Counted from the stretch's first letter, positions 28,829 through 39,799 are shown. The stretch: 64,000 nt of DNA from Candidatus Poribacteria bacterium (GCA_965197475.1 CBDANF010000003.1:3296001-3360000); one strand, 5' to 3'. The notes: generated by a model from the sequence alone, not told the origin. Made by a program: numbers and translations.

Positions 28829-30889
28829 TTATTCAACTTCAGGATCAATTTCAGGATCAATTTCAACTGCAGCAGGTTGAACTTCTATTTCAATCTCTGT
28901 ATCACCTGTTACGATGAAGCGGTAGACAACAAGCGCAGTTCCAGTAATAGGTATCGGACGCGGGGTTGGTGCAAGGTCATCCATCAACTCTTCTTGATCA
29001 ACCATTTCAATCATTTCACCATCTTCAGGTGGGGTTTCACCATCTTCAGGTGGGGTTTCACCATCTTCAGGTGGGGTTTCACCATCTTCAGGTGGGGTTT
29101 CACCATCTTCAGGTGAGGTTTCACCATCTTCAGGTAAGTTTTCAAATAAGGCAGTGAAAAACTCTTCGAAGAACTTTTCGAAAATTCCTTCTAAAGAAGG
29201 ATCTATCGGTTCAGGCTCCTCCTCCAATGCAGCAAGCGTTACGAGGATTAAGCCTTTGTCAAACTGCGTATCTTTCAGTTGTCCAATCAGTTGATCCAAA
29301 TTCTCTGGGGATGGGACGAATGGATTACTGAACGGATTAAAGCCATATTCAGTTGCAGCGGCTATAGATAAGCTAGCTGGACCAGCAATGAAATTCTCAG
29401 GTACCCGAAGTTTCACTTCTCTATACATTTTGCGGCTCTGTCCAGCAGCACTCCAGTGGGGCAGCATCTCAAGAACGAACGTAGCTTCTTCACCTTGCTT
29501 AACTTCCCCAATAACATGAATGTCCGTAATCTCTGTATGGAGAATATAGGGCAGGTCTGCTATAGAGATGTGGATTTCATCTATGGTTGCTCTGCCAGCA
29601 CCATTTGCAAGTATATTTGTAAATGACTCAACTATATAATCCATGTTTGCCAATACACTTTCATACGGATCGGATGAGATGGACCGGAACGATTCTGTAT
29701 AGACGTTTTTAGTCTCTTTAAAACTGATGGCTACGTTTGCCTCAATAGTTCCAGGACTAACCTCCATTCGGATTGCATCAAGGGTCGTTGCCGCAACAAT
29801 TGGAATAGCCCATTCTTGTCCATAAGCAACTTTATGGTGTTTCTGAATTGGTTCAGGACTATTGACAGGTTGATAAGTAACTGTTACAGGAATCGTTGGA
29901 GGTAATTTACCAAGTTCGCCAACAATCCCAGGTCTAAGGTCTTTGGTAATTGTGCCGATTGGATTTCCATAAGCACTTGCGGACTTGTATGCTATCTCTG
30001 TACTGGGAACGATTCCATCTACGACAGCTCTATATACAGGTAATGATGCTTTGCCATCAAGGAACATGTCATGACCAAAGGCAACGAATTTGTCGCCATA
30101 AACTTGTGTCACAGTTCCAAATCCCATAGTATTAACAACGTCTCCAGTTACGATAGCAACACCAATCATGTCCCCTGCTGACAGATTTAGGGAAGCATTA
30201 GCAGGCGGTGCTGCAGGGGCTCCACCGATCCGTGAGAAGAATTCAACAGAATTGAATCGTGTGCCTTCAAGGTGTGAAGAAAGTTGTTGTAGTCTGTTAG
30301 AGTCAATTCCAGAAATCGTAACAGGTGTTTTTACTGCTGTATAAGTAGCATTGACGACAGCACCCGGTGCGGCTGGTGCGGGGTCCAGGAATTCACCAAA
30401 AGTATTATGGTCAAGCGTAGCCTCCATCGCATCAATGGGTGTTACCCAGAACCGATGTGGAGCTTTTGCCCATGCATCACCATACGCAAGTGCACCGAAA
30501 ACACGTCCAGCAGTTCCAACAGGACTTCCAGACATCCCTTGTGCCAGACCACCCATAGCGGTAACTGCCTCATCTGTCAACACACACTCGTAAAGTGGAA
30601 ATCCAAAACCGGAGGTTTGAACTCTACGGAATTCAGCCTCAACTATTACCTTACTTGTACCTTCAATGGCGGTAATAATTTCAATTGGCGTTTTTGTTGC
30701 AAGCCTGCGGACTTCATCTTCATACATGCTTTCGAGTTCAACCTCACCAACTATTGGGGCAGCATTAAACTCACCTATTGCATCAACTATTGCAGGATTC
30801 TCAATTCGTGCTTGCTCTTCATCAGAGGAACAACTCAACTGACATAGAATTACGATTGCGATCCCTGCTAAAACAAAAAAACGTTTCAC
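28829..30889 (-). CDS. SpoIVB/peptidase S55 domain lipoprotein with acidic C-terminus
   Basis: Lipobox-like QLSC; QGMSGSPV...GALAYG; GTVT...AFGH. Confidence 0.8.
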   Translation of the reverse strand: MKRFFVLAGIAIVILCQLSCSSDEEQARIENPAIVDAIGEFNAAPIVGEVELESMYEDEVRRLATKTPIEIITAIEGTSKVIVEAEFRRVQTSGFGFPLYECVLTDEAVTAMGGLAQGMSGSPVGTAGRVFGALAYGDAWAKAPHRFWVTPIDAMEATLDHNTFGEFLDPAPAAPGAVVNATYTAVKTPVTISGIDSNRLQQLSSHLEGTRFNSVEFFSRIGGAPAAPPANASLNLSAGDMIGVAIVTGDVVNTMGFGTVTQVYGDKFVAFGHDMFLDGKASLPVYRAVVDGIVPSTEIAYKSASAYGNPIGTITKDLRPGIVGELGKLPPTIPVTVTYQPVNSPEPIQKHHKVAYGQEWAIPIVAATTLDAIRMEVSPGTIEANVAISFKETKNVYTESFRSISSDPYESVLANMDYIVESFTNILANGAGRATIDEIHISIADLPYILHTEITDIHVIGEVKQGEEATFVLEMLPHWSAAGQSRKMYREVKLRVPENFIAGPASLSIAAATEYGFNPFSNPFVPSPENLDQLIGQLKDTQFDKGLILVTLAALEEEPEPIDPSLEGIFEKFFEEFFTALFENLPEDGETSPEDGETPPEDGETPPEDGETPPEDGETPPEDGEMIEMVDQEELMDDLAPTPRPIPITGTALVVYRFIVTGDTEIEIEVQPAAVEIDPEIDPEVE
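29015..29135 (-). repeat. Coding 21-bp tandem repeat, about 6 copies, (PEDGETP)n
   Basis: TTTCACCATCTTCAGGTGGGG units. Confidence 0.95.
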
Positions 30890-31250
30890 TATATCTTCTC
30901 CTAAATAGAGTTTTTCTAAATTTTAAAAATGGTTTCGACTTGAGTTAATCTGAATCTATTTCAAAAATAGGCATGCTATTCAGTAATGAAATAATTTCTG
31001 TTGGCTTAATTGCAATTTTACCCAGAACGACAATTATTTACCGTCCCATCGTTTAAATCTCATGCAGTCGAAATTAAACACAATTCTTTATAATAAACAG
31101 TTAAATTATAATCTATTATTAAACGATATTTCAAGAAAAATTACGAAATATCAGTGTAAGTTCAATAAGAAAGTGGAATGGTTATAAAACAGAAGATAAG
31201 TACCGCTTGATAACATTTTCCCACTAACTAAAAATTGATGTAGTTGTAAA

Positions 31251-32015
31251 CTACCATGCAACCCAACCACCATCAACAGCGATAGTTTGTCCTGTAACCC
31301 AATTTGCTGCATCCGAGGCTAAGAACAGAACAGCACCAACAACCTCATCTACCTCGCCAACACGTCCCATGGGAATGCGGCGGACAACATCCTCGTAGAA
31401 TTCTTTTCGTTGCAGCAAAACATCTGCAAGTGGTGTGCGGGTGAATGCCGGAGCGACTGCATTGACAGTGACGTTATGAGGTGCCCACTCTACTGCGAGC
31501 CCTTTGGTTAACAAAACAACCCCACCCTTACTACCTGAGTAAGCAGTACGTAGCGGTCCCCCCACTAAACCCATAGTGGAGGAGATGTTGATAATTTTTC
31601 CGCTCTCCCGCTCGATCATCGGTTTGACAAGTGTTTGCGTTAAAAAGAATAGACCTTTTAGATTGAGATCATAGATGGCATCCCAATCCTCTTCAGTCAG
31701 TTCCAAGGCAGGTTTGGGTCGATTGGTCCCTGCATTGTTAACGAGAACATCAACTCTTCCCCATACGTCAACAGCGGCTTGTGCGCCTTCTGCTGCAGAT
31801 TTCATATCGCTCACATCAAACACGACAGGTTCCGCTTCACCACCGTTCGCTTGAATCTCTGCTGCAACCTCGTCAAGATCAGAACGTGTGCGGCTATTCA
31901 AGACAATCTTCGCCCCCATCTGAGATGCAGCGAGCGCGATGCCCCTACCGATACCTTTGCCGGAACCGGTAATCAACATTATCTTATTATTCAATTCAAA
32001 TCCTGGAAATGCCAT
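31251..32015 (-). CDS. Short-chain dehydrogenase/reductase (gluconate 5-dehydrogenase-like)
   Basis: TGSGKGIG, NNAG, YSGSK, VDGG. Confidence 0.92.
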   Translation of the reverse strand: MAFPGFELNNKIMLITGSGKGIGRGIALAASQMGAKIVLNSRTRSDLDEVAAEIQANGGEAEPVVFDVSDMKSAAEGAQAAVDVWGRVDVLVNNAGTNRPKPALELTEEDWDAIYDLNLKGLFFLTQTLVKPMIERESGKIINISSTMGLVGGPLRTAYSGSKGGVVLLTKGLAVEWAPHNVTVNAVAPAFTRTPLADVLLQRKEFYEDVVRRIPMGRVGEVDEVVGAVLFLASDAANWVTGQTIAVDGGWVAW

Positions 32016-32125
32016 AAATATCCTCCAATTGTCTGAGACTATTAGATTTCTATGATTTTCAAAATCCTAATGGAAAAGAAACACAAATTGAAAGAATAGC
32101 ATGGATAGCCGTGACCTGAAACTAT

Positions 32126-32956
32126 CTATTTCTTTGCTAACTTCAGTGTATTTTCCAACAACATTGCCCGTGTTAACGGACCTACACCTCCTGGGACTGG
32201 CGTAATAAAACCTGCAATCTCTTTAACTTCATCAAATTTGACATCACCGACAAGACGACCGTCAACGGAATTAATACCAACATCAATGACGGTTGTCCCT
32301 GGTTTAACCATGTCCGCAGTTATCAATTCAGGCTTCCCAACAGCTGCTACAAGAATATCCGCTTGCTTTATCACTTCAGCGAGATTTTTGGTGCGTGAAT
32401 GGCAGTAAGTGACGGTAGCGTTGCGGTTGAGAAGCATCACTCCCACTGGCTTCCCGATAAGATGGCTTCTACCTACACACACAGCGTGTTTACCTTCAAT
32501 TGGTTTGCCTGTTAATTCAATGAGTCGAATAATCCCTGTGGGGGTGCAAGGGGTAACCGCTGCCCGATTGATAAATAGATTACCTAAATTGAAGGGTGTC
32601 AAGCCATCTGCATCCTTATGAGGGACAATAGCATCTATAACTGCTTGTTCGTCAATTGTATCTGGCAGCGGCATTTGCACCAAAATACCGTGTATGTCTT
32701 GACGATCATTTAATTCAGCAACTTGGTCAATGAGTGCTCGTTGCGTTATCTCAGCAGGTAGTCGGGTGACTTCTGAATGGAAGTGGACTTTTTCACAATC
32801 GCGCTGTTTGTGTTTGATATAGAGGGTTGATGCGGGATCATCACCGACTTGAATAACAGCGAGTCCAGGAGTAAACGTGAGTTTTTTGACTTGCTTTCGG
32901 ATTTTGCTACGAATGTGCTGCGCGAGGCGAGTGCCATTAAGGATTTCAGCTGACAA
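32126..32956 (-). CDS. folD: Bifunctional methylene-THF dehydrogenase/cyclohydrolase
   Basis: HGILVQMPLP, KDADG, PCTP, GRSHLIGKP, TPVPGGVGP. Confidence 0.97.
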   Translation of the reverse strand: MSAEILNGTRLAQHIRSKIRKQVKKLTFTPGLAVIQVGDDPASTLYIKHKQRDCEKVHFHSEVTRLPAEITQRALIDQVAELNDRQDIHGILVQMPLPDTIDEQAVIDAIVPHKDADGLTPFNLGNLFINRAAVTPCTPTGIIRLIELTGKPIEGKHAVCVGRSHLIGKPVGVMLLNRNATVTYCHSRTKNLAEVIKQADILVAAVGKPELITADMVKPGTTVIDVGINSVDGRLVGDVKFDEVKEIAGFITPVPGGVGPLTRAMLLENTLKLAKK

Positions 32957-33271
32957 ATGCCTTTTCCTCCAGTTTACAGGTGTTGAACGAATTTCACTAT
33001 GGGATTAGGTGCCTTGACGCATTTGTAAAACGGTGCCAAATCCCTTGTTTGGTATGACATTTATTATAACAGATTACATCGTTTTTGTCTATGGGTTACA
33101 GTGTAGTCCAAAATACTTATACATTTTTTGTGAGTTTGCTGCGTTTGTAGTCGCGCAATTCACGCGCCTCTTACATTCCGGGGAAGGTATTGGAATAGTC
33201 ATTGGACCAAAATGTCTCAATTAATTATACGCCTTATTATAAATTTGCATACACTTTTCTACTTGTGAACG

Positions 33272-35248
33272 CTACTCGGACTTAAGGCGTTTTTGACGAT
33301 CACTTAAGAAACTTAGGACAGTATCTGAACTTTGAAATCCGAGAGTGCCTGCTTCGTCTATGACCATCTGCATCTGGATAGGATTATTAGCAAGCATCAT
33401 CTCCGCTTTTTGGTAATAATCTGCTGCGGTATCCTTCTCTCCGCTTTCATGGTGCATAACTGCTAAGTAGATATGCGCGGCAGCGGACCGTGGCGATCCG
33501 GTACGGCTCTTGATAAACTCTTCAAAAGCGAAGCGCGCATCAGTATAACGTTGGTCTTCAAAATGAACCCTGCCGATACGAAATTGTGCTCTATCTGCAA
33601 AACTATCTTTATATCCGCCAGGAAGATAGAGTTCACGTTCAGGGTATCCGATTGTCGTCTGATAGGCTTCCAACGCCTCTTCAAATCGTTGGAGTTTCCT
33701 ATAGATTTCACCGACTTGGAAGGTTGCCATCATTGCTTGCAGGGTATTCGGATGGTGTGTGATTATTGCGTTGAAAGTTTGGAGTGCAGAATTCGGTTTT
33801 TCAAGTATATCTGCATAAATGATGCCGATGCGATAGCGTGCTTCAGCAGCATAAGGCGATTTAGGATGCTCCTTTACTACTTTTCTATATGCATCAACCG
33901 CTTTGGAATAATCAAGCAATTCGCGTTCATAGATAGTAGCAATCTGCAGTTGAGTTCTGACTTTTTCGGCAGTGTTTAATCGATTGTCCTGAATTTGTGT
34001 GCGTAGATTTTGAATTGTTGCACGATGTTTGATGGAACGTAGTTGCGATGCAGCACGTTTGGCAAATTGTGAATTCGTGGCGGTGATGATAAGGTTACGC
34101 GCAATTGTTAATGCCTTATCGTAGTGCCCATCTTCCACAGCCTTTTCAAGTTTTTCGAATTCGTGCTTTGGTATCAGTTGTGTTAACGTCTCAATTTTTG
34201 TGTGAAGCAGCTTGGTCACTTCTGCAACACTTTTATTATACATCGCAATCTGCCCAAGGTACACCGGATCAAGATTGGGAAGGTAAACTTTAAGAAATGT
34301 GGTAAAAGCACTAAGTGCTTCGGTATAGTTCTGAATTTTCTCATGGCAGATGCCTGACCAATAAAAAACCGCGTGCATATTCCAGAAGTTAGGGTATTGC
34401 TCAGCGATTGTATCGTATACAGTGAGTGCCAGTTGATATTCTTCCACTTCGCGATGGATACTTGCAATATGAAAGAGTGCTTCCGCAGCAAAATTGCTGG
34501 TTGGATAATTGTCTGCTACTCTCTTGTAGGCATCAACGGCTGACTGCGATTGATGAAACACTGTGTGCCTTAAATGCGCGATCCGCCATTGTGCTTCAGC
34601 AGCTAACTTGTCAGTAGGGTGTTTTTCAAGTAATACTTGATATGCTGCGATTGCTTGTTCAGGTTGATTGAGTTGAGAGTGAGTTCGATAGAGTTCAGCA
34701 ATCTGAAATTGGGCAACTGCCTCAAGCGGGGTGCCTTTGTAGGTACGTACAATCTCTTCCTGAATCTGTAGGTTTTTTAGTGCAGTTCGAATGTCTCGTA
34801 TTTTCTGTAATCCGATTTTATATACGAAATGTATTTCTGGTGCCGTGCCAACGAGCGTGCGGAAACTATGAATAGCCTTCTCATATTCTCCCATCCTACT
34901 GTACACATCACCAATCTTTATATACGAGAGAAAAATCTCAGCGATGGGCAACCCATCGGCTCTCATACTGAGAATTTTTTTATATGCCTTGAGTGCCTCT
35001 GGATATTGCTGTGTATAGTTGTAATAGATCTCGCCGAGTTGGTAGTAACACCAACTCTGGGTTTCAATATCTTTGGCAGATTCCGCGAGTTTTTTCAGCT
35101 TGGCGGTAGCTTCTGGATAGCGTCTTTCCTGAACTAAGGAGGTTACCTCATCACGCTGCGCGTGTGCAGTGGATAAAACCGCAAGCATCAATAGCAAGAT
35201 ACCTGAAACGCAAAAATAGATTAGAAAAGTAAACTTCAATTTTCCCAC
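33272..35248 (-). CDS. Secreted TPR-repeat protein (BamD/YbgF-like repeats)
   Basis: Signal peptide; repeated YP.S..AAEA.F.I...Y units. Confidence 0.85.
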   Translation of the reverse strand: MGKLKFTFLIYFCVSGILLLMLAVLSTAHAQRDEVTSLVQERRYPEATAKLKKLAESAKDIETQSWCYYQLGEIYYNYTQQYPEALKAYKKILSMRADGLPIAEIFLSYIKIGDVYSRMGEYEKAIHSFRTLVGTAPEIHFVYKIGLQKIRDIRTALKNLQIQEEIVRTYKGTPLEAVAQFQIAELYRTHSQLNQPEQAIAAYQVLLEKHPTDKLAAEAQWRIAHLRHTVFHQSQSAVDAYKRVADNYPTSNFAAEALFHIASIHREVEEYQLALTVYDTIAEQYPNFWNMHAVFYWSGICHEKIQNYTEALSAFTTFLKVYLPNLDPVYLGQIAMYNKSVAEVTKLLHTKIETLTQLIPKHEFEKLEKAVEDGHYDKALTIARNLIITATNSQFAKRAASQLRSIKHRATIQNLRTQIQDNRLNTAEKVRTQLQIATIYERELLDYSKAVDAYRKVVKEHPKSPYAAEARYRIGIIYADILEKPNSALQTFNAIITHHPNTLQAMMATFQVGEIYRKLQRFEEALEAYQTTIGYPERELYLPGGYKDSFADRAQFRIGRVHFEDQRYTDARFAFEEFIKSRTGSPRSAAAHIYLAVMHHESGEKDTAADYYQKAEMMLANNPIQMQMVIDEAGTLGFQSSDTVLSFLSDRQKRLKSE

Positions 35249-35292
35249 GAAAAACCCTATTAATTTGAGAGATCGTCTAAGTATTCAGACGT

Positions 35293-35904
35293 TCAGAGTT
35301 TTGAATTAACACGTTTTAGGTGTTTGTTGGCAATAATTGCCAAATCGGTACCTTGGGCTCGGTCTTTGACGCGATTCAGTTGACTGACTGTATCCCAATC
35401 ATCTGAATTACGTAGATGCTTATTTCGCAGTACATCATCCAAGCTGCGTTGAATGCCCTGATGTCTGTACTGTTCAATACGCGCGGCCGCTGACTCGGGT
35501 TCATCCTTAGGTGGTCCGGGACGGAACGGATTTCCAACAAAAAATGCGACAGTAATTACCGCAACAGTGAAAAGACAGATGCTGGCCACTTTCTGTTCCT
35601 GCAAAACTAATAGGATATTTGACGAAAAATCTGATAAGCGCGAACGTAGTGAAGGCTTATCAGGTGGCACCGCAGCGAGTCGCTTGTACAGTTTCATCTG
35701 CAGGTTGTGTGGAGCAATCGCATGAGGAGCTAATTCTTCCTCTGCTTCATCCACAAGGTGAAGCACATATTTAAAAGCGGTGACCTGTCTAACGCAACGA
35801 TCACATGTCGTAAGATGCCGTTCAAAATCCACAACTTGTGATGCGTCTAACTCACCATATAAATAATCAATGGCTTGTGCTTCAGATCTATTACATTTAG
35901 GCAT
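35293..35904 (-). CDS. Zinc-binding (zf-HC2) anti-sigma factor
   Basis: YLYGEL...FERHLTTCDRC plus a TM segment; directly downstream of the ECF sigma. Confidence 0.88.
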   Translation of the reverse strand: MPKCNRSEAQAIDYLYGELDASQVVDFERHLTTCDRCVRQVTAFKYVLHLVDEAEEELAPHAIAPHNLQMKLYKRLAAVPPDKPSLRSRLSDFSSNILLVLQEQKVASICLFTVAVITVAFFVGNPFRPGPPKDEPESAAARIEQYRHQGIQRSLDDVLRNKHLRNSDDWDTVSQLNRVKDRAQGTDLAIIANKHLKRVNSKL

Positions 35905-35915
35905 GAACGTACCTC

Positions 35916-36497
35916 CTATATTTCGTTATTTTCCCATAAGGGTCGTAGTATAGTTTGTAACTTTTTGATTGCGCGGTGAAGATGAATCTTTACTGTCCCT
36001 TCAGCCATTCCGAGTGTCGCGGCAACTTCCTTAATCTGTAGACCTTCATATCGTGTTAACATAAAAACTGCCTTCTGTTTTGAGGAGAGTTCGTCAACAG
36101 CTTCTCGGATGATGCGTCCACGTTCTTTATCTTCAAGTTGTTTTTCGGGGTTGCTTGAGATGTCTGTAGCCACGAGTCTCGTTTCAATGACATCTTCATC
36201 TTCAAACGTAAAAACAGGTTGTCGGGATTTAGAACGGTGATAATCAATAGATAGATTAGAGGCAATTGTGTATAGCCATGTGGAAAATTTTGCTTTTGGT
36301 TCCCATGAATTGAGCGCGCGATATGCCTTGAAAAAGACTTCAAGCGTTAACTCTTCGGCATCTTCGTAATTTCTAACAGAACGCAGAAGATACCCGAAGA
36401 TTCTACGTTCATAGCGTTTCATCAATTCATCAAAAGCCTTCTGGCTACCGGATTTGAACTGTGCAACAAGCATTTCATCGTCAATCAATTTGTCCAT
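35916..36497 (-). CDS. ECF RNA polymerase sigma factor
   Basis: DAEEL..EVF.KA, KFSTWLYTIASN..IDY.R, GTVKIHLHRA. Confidence 0.95.
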   Translation of the reverse strand: MDKLIDDEMLVAQFKSGSQKAFDELMKRYERRIFGYLLRSVRNYEDAEELTLEVFFKAYRALNSWEPKAKFSTWLYTIASNLSIDYHRSKSRQPVFTFEDEDVIETRLVATDISSNPEKQLEDKERGRIIREAVDELSSKQKAVFMLTRYEGLQIKEVAATLGMAEGTVKIHLHRAIKKLQTILRPLWENNEI

Positions 36498-36829
36498 AAT
36501 TTCTGCCAGACTTTCGTTCAGTTTGTGACAACTTACTTCTTTAACGTAGATGTGTTTTATTAAGTTTACAGAAATTTCGGTTTTGTGTCAAATTTTGTCA
36601 ATTTCATTCTCAGTAGGTGCAGTTTCCAAACCGCAACGTTTTTCTTAAATTGATATCTATAGTGTGGTTTCCTAACCGCACCCGGCATGATGGTTATGGA
36701 ATTACCCAATTATTTTTAATCTTCATACAGATTGTGTTATAAATAAAGTCAATAGATGCCAATTTAAGTGGATTTTTGAAGAAAATTAAGGTAAAATGAT
36801 AACAGTAAAAACCAACGGAGGTATTTTCA

Positions 36830-37861
36830 GTGGCACACGCACATTCTAATTCTCATACAACACCCTTAGTAATCCCAGCTTCAGAAACAGCAGAACGGAT
36901 GGCACAGGCAGCAGTGAATTTTCTGGACGTTTTGCCTCCTACTTTACGCGAAAAAGCGTGCCAACCATTTGATGGAAATGAACGGTTTCGATGGCACTAC
37001 ATTCCAATTGAAATGTGGGAACGGCAAGGTGTTTCACTCAAAGAACTAAATACGAAACAACAAGAAGCGGCGTTTGCACTGATGGAAAGTGGGTTAAGTG
37101 CTAATGGATATCAGAAAGCCCGTGCAATCATTAATTTAGAGACCACACTCGGCGAAATTGAGAATACAAACGGAGAAGGAAGACTCAAACGTGATCCTGA
37201 ATTCTACTTTTTCACCGTCTTTGGTGATCCAACAGGGAATAGTGCGTGGGGGTGGCGCACTGAAGGGCATCATGTCTCTCTTAACTTTACGGTTGTCAAT
37301 CGCGAGTTGATTTCTCCCAACCCTTTTTTCTTTGGTTCAAACCCTGCAGAAGTGCCACAAGGTGAAAAGAAGGGTTTAAGAGTCCTTTTCGCTGAGGAAG
37401 ATTTGGCACGTCAACTCTTAGCGAGTCTAACGCCGTATCAAAAAACTCACGCCCTCATCAATACGGAAGCACCGCCCGATATTCTGACGCGTAACGCCCC
37501 CAAAGTTGATTTTGAGGCAGTTGAAGGATTAGCAGTTGAAATGATGCAAACGTATCAACGCGAACTTCTGGTTCAATTGATTCATGAATATATTGATCGA
37601 CTTCCGGATGAGGTTGCAAAGATCGAACGCCGTAAACTACGTGACAGCAGTGTTAATGACATTCACTTTGCCTGGGCAGGTGGTGAAGAACGTAGGACAC
37701 CTCACTACTACCGAGTTCATGGACCACTATTCTTTGTAGAGTATGACAACACGCAGAACAATGCGAATCATATTCATTCTGTGTGGCGACATATTGAAGA
37801 TGATTTTGGTGTTGATCTGCTTCGGTTACACTACCATAAAACTGACCATCACGATCATTAA
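36830..37861 (+). CDS. DUF3500 family protein
   Basis: WGWRTEGHHVSLNF, HFAWAG, HYYRVHGP..FVEYDNTQNNANHIHSVWR...DFG. Confidence 0.88.
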   Translation: MAHAHSNSHTTPLVIPASETAERMAQAAVNFLDVLPPTLREKACQPFDGNERFRWHYIPIEMWERQGVSLKELNTKQQEAAFALMESGLSANGYQKARAIINLETTLGEIENTNGEGRLKRDPEFYFFTVFGDPTGNSAWGWRTEGHHVSLNFTVVNRELISPNPFFFGSNPAEVPQGEKKGLRVLFAEEDLARQLLASLTPYQKTHALINTEAPPDILTRNAPKVDFEAVEGLAVEMMQTYQRELLVQLIHEYIDRLPDEVAKIERRKLRDSSVNDIHFAWAGGEERRTPHYYRVHGPLFFVEYDNTQNNANHIHSVWRHIEDDFGVDLLRLHYHKTDHHDH

Positions 37862-37951
37862 CCCAAGTTGCTGCGGACAAGATTTTAGACATGCATACAC
37901 CGTTTTAATCGAAAATAGTTCATTATATGCTAAGATTTCGGAGAGTATTGG

Positions 37952-38680
37952 TTAAATAATGATATTCATGTTTTCTATTCCGTCGAGTTTTAAAATGTCA
38001 AACACGTTGCCATTGACACGAAATCGTGCGAACAAAGCAATCGTCAAATCCACCATTTCTATGCTTTTGGAAACAATAATGGACTTGCGCTTGAAGCGTC
38101 CGAACCAGTGGCGCATCCGACCATTGTTGCGTTCAATGCGATGCGTCTCCGCTTTATCCTGAACATGTTTTACGGCAGGTAGGACCGACTCATAGACCTG
38201 CCATTTGTCTGTGTAATATATCTTAGCATTGAGGGTTGAGAGCCTTGCCGTGAGTTTTTCAAGGGTTTGTTTATCACGCCCACCACATTCCCAGTCAATG
38301 AGGTATCCTGTGTTTCTGTCAAGTGCCTTCCATATCCAGAGTTTGTTTTTCTTGTTCCCAATATAGTGCCACATCTCATCAAGTTCCAAGCAGACGGTGG
38401 TGCCGGGTGTGAGTGTTTGTTTCGGTGCCTGTTTTTTAGCAAAGGTGCGTATCCATTGAAGCACAGTTGTTACGTGGCATCCGACAAGTTTTGAGATAGC
38501 ATTCATTGAGATGCCGTGGCAATATAAGAGAACGGCGAGAGTTTTCTGTGCTTGTGGTTTCCCCCGGGGTGTTGTGCGCGTCCATTGATAACCGCAGTTT
38601 TTGCATTTATAGCGTTGTTTAGTTTTGACGAACCCGTTTTTGACGAAGTGAGTGTGTTGACATCTTGGGCAATTCTTCAT
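37952..38680 (-). CDS. IS1-family transposase
   Basis: CPRC..KNG...QRYKCKNCG, HTH, ELDEMWHY, YYTDKW..Y, IERNN...R. Confidence 0.95.
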   Translation of the reverse strand: MKNCPRCQHTHFVKNGFVKTKQRYKCKNCGYQWTRTTPRGKPQAQKTLAVLLYCHGISMNAISKLVGCHVTTVLQWIRTFAKKQAPKQTLTPGTTVCLELDEMWHYIGNKKNKLWIWKALDRNTGYLIDWECGGRDKQTLEKLTARLSTLNAKIYYTDKWQVYESVLPAVKHVQDKAETHRIERNNGRMRHWFGRFKRKSIIVSKSIEMVDLTIALFARFRVNGNVFDILKLDGIENMNIII

Positions 38681-38716
38681 GGTGTCCTCTATAGAGCAGC
38701 GAGTTTGTTTTCAATA

Positions 38717-38803
38717 AGGATATAGGTTTTAGATACATCTGTCAATCAAAATCAGTTTATTAGTTTGATTTTGATTGACAATTTTTGTCATAAGTGTTAT
38801 CAT
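38717..38803. promoter_or_regulatory. Back-to-back sigma70 promoters inside the IS1
   Basis: Minus strand TTGACA(38745-38740)-17-TATCCT; plus strand TTGACA(38775-38780)-17-TATCAT. Confidence 0.65.
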
Positions 38804-38907
38804 TAACTCTACTCTAATTGAAATGTGATGCAGAGCGGTTCAGAGGGTATCCCGCTAATTCTTGCATCATTATTTAACCAATACCCTCTAAAAAAGGAGA
38901 TAAACTT

Positions 38908-39696
38908 ATGTTTTACCGTTTGTTTGCATGGTTCTGTATTTTGAACCTCGTTTTGAGCGTAATGGCTGTAGAAGCTGCTAAAATTGCTGTTGTTGATTTT
39001 GCTGACCCGTGGACAGAGGTTGATGCGTTGCGTCAGACACTGAATGAATTCAAAGTTGAGTACGATGATCTGACAGAGGCACTTGAAGGTGGGGAGCTAC
39101 CTCTCAAAGCGGAAAATAGAATTTTCTTAATCGGTAGCATGACAACTAACAATGCTGGATTGCACCAAAACCTTGACAAGAATGCAAAAGCGATTCAGGA
39201 TTTCGTCGTAAATGGTGGTGTCGTCTGGGAACCGACCCAAGCTGATCAGAACGAAGCGAATGTGGATTGGTTGCCGCCTGAATTGAGTTGTGTTCGGGGT
39301 GACTCTGATAGTGCATCTTTTAAAATATTAGACGCGGACCATCCGCTCTTTAACGAACCAAACCGTATGAGTGAGGATACGTTTAAAGACTGGGGATTAA
39401 AAGGCTGGCCTACTGTTTGGGAAGCCATCGCTTCTCAGACAGGATTTGACGTGCTGGGGGAAGTTGAAAATTCGGGACAACCTGTCATTATGGAAGCGGA
39501 ATACGGGAAAGGTAAGTTCCTGATGATGGCAATTGCACCTGATGCATACTATATTGCAGGTAAAGATGACCATACGAAAGACATGGCAAAGCTTTTCATG
39601 GAGAATTTGCTGAACTATGTTGAAGAATTTGTATTTGCTGCTGTTGAATCAGATGGGAAGCTCACAACGAGGTGGGCGAATCTGAAAATGCGATAA
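38908..39696 (+). CDS. Secreted protein, class I glutamine amidotransferase-like fold (putative)
   Basis: Signal peptide; IQDFVVNGGVV, HPLFNEPN, EAEYGKGK, FMENLLNY; tail AVESDGKLTTRWANLK. Confidence 0.65.
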   Translation: MFYRLFAWFCILNLVLSVMAVEAAKIAVVDFADPWTEVDALRQTLNEFKVEYDDLTEALEGGELPLKAENRIFLIGSMTTNNAGLHQNLDKNAKAIQDFVVNGGVVWEPTQADQNEANVDWLPPELSCVRGDSDSASFKILDADHPLFNEPNRMSEDTFKDWGLKGWPTVWEAIASQTGFDVLGEVENSGQPVIMEAEYGKGKFLMMAIAPDAYYIAGKDDHTKDMAKLFMENLLNYVEEFVFAAVESDGKLTTRWANLKMR

Positions 39697-39757
39697 ATGG
39701 AATATTGGGCATTATCTCCCGGTTTTCCTCTTCCTCTAATTTGATTGACAACATATC

Positions 39758-39799
39758 TTTTCCATTATAGTGGTCCGTATGAACCACTATAATGGAAAA
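39758..39799. terminator. Hairpin between convergent genes
   Basis: TTTTCCATTATAGTGGT...ACCACTATAATGGAAAA. Confidence 0.75.

Larger units (their letters stand above)
37944..38885 (-). mobile_element. IS1-family insertion sequence
   Basis: TIR (A/G)GTATTGGTTAAATAATGAT at both ends; single-ORF transposase; no clear target duplication. Confidence 0.88.
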
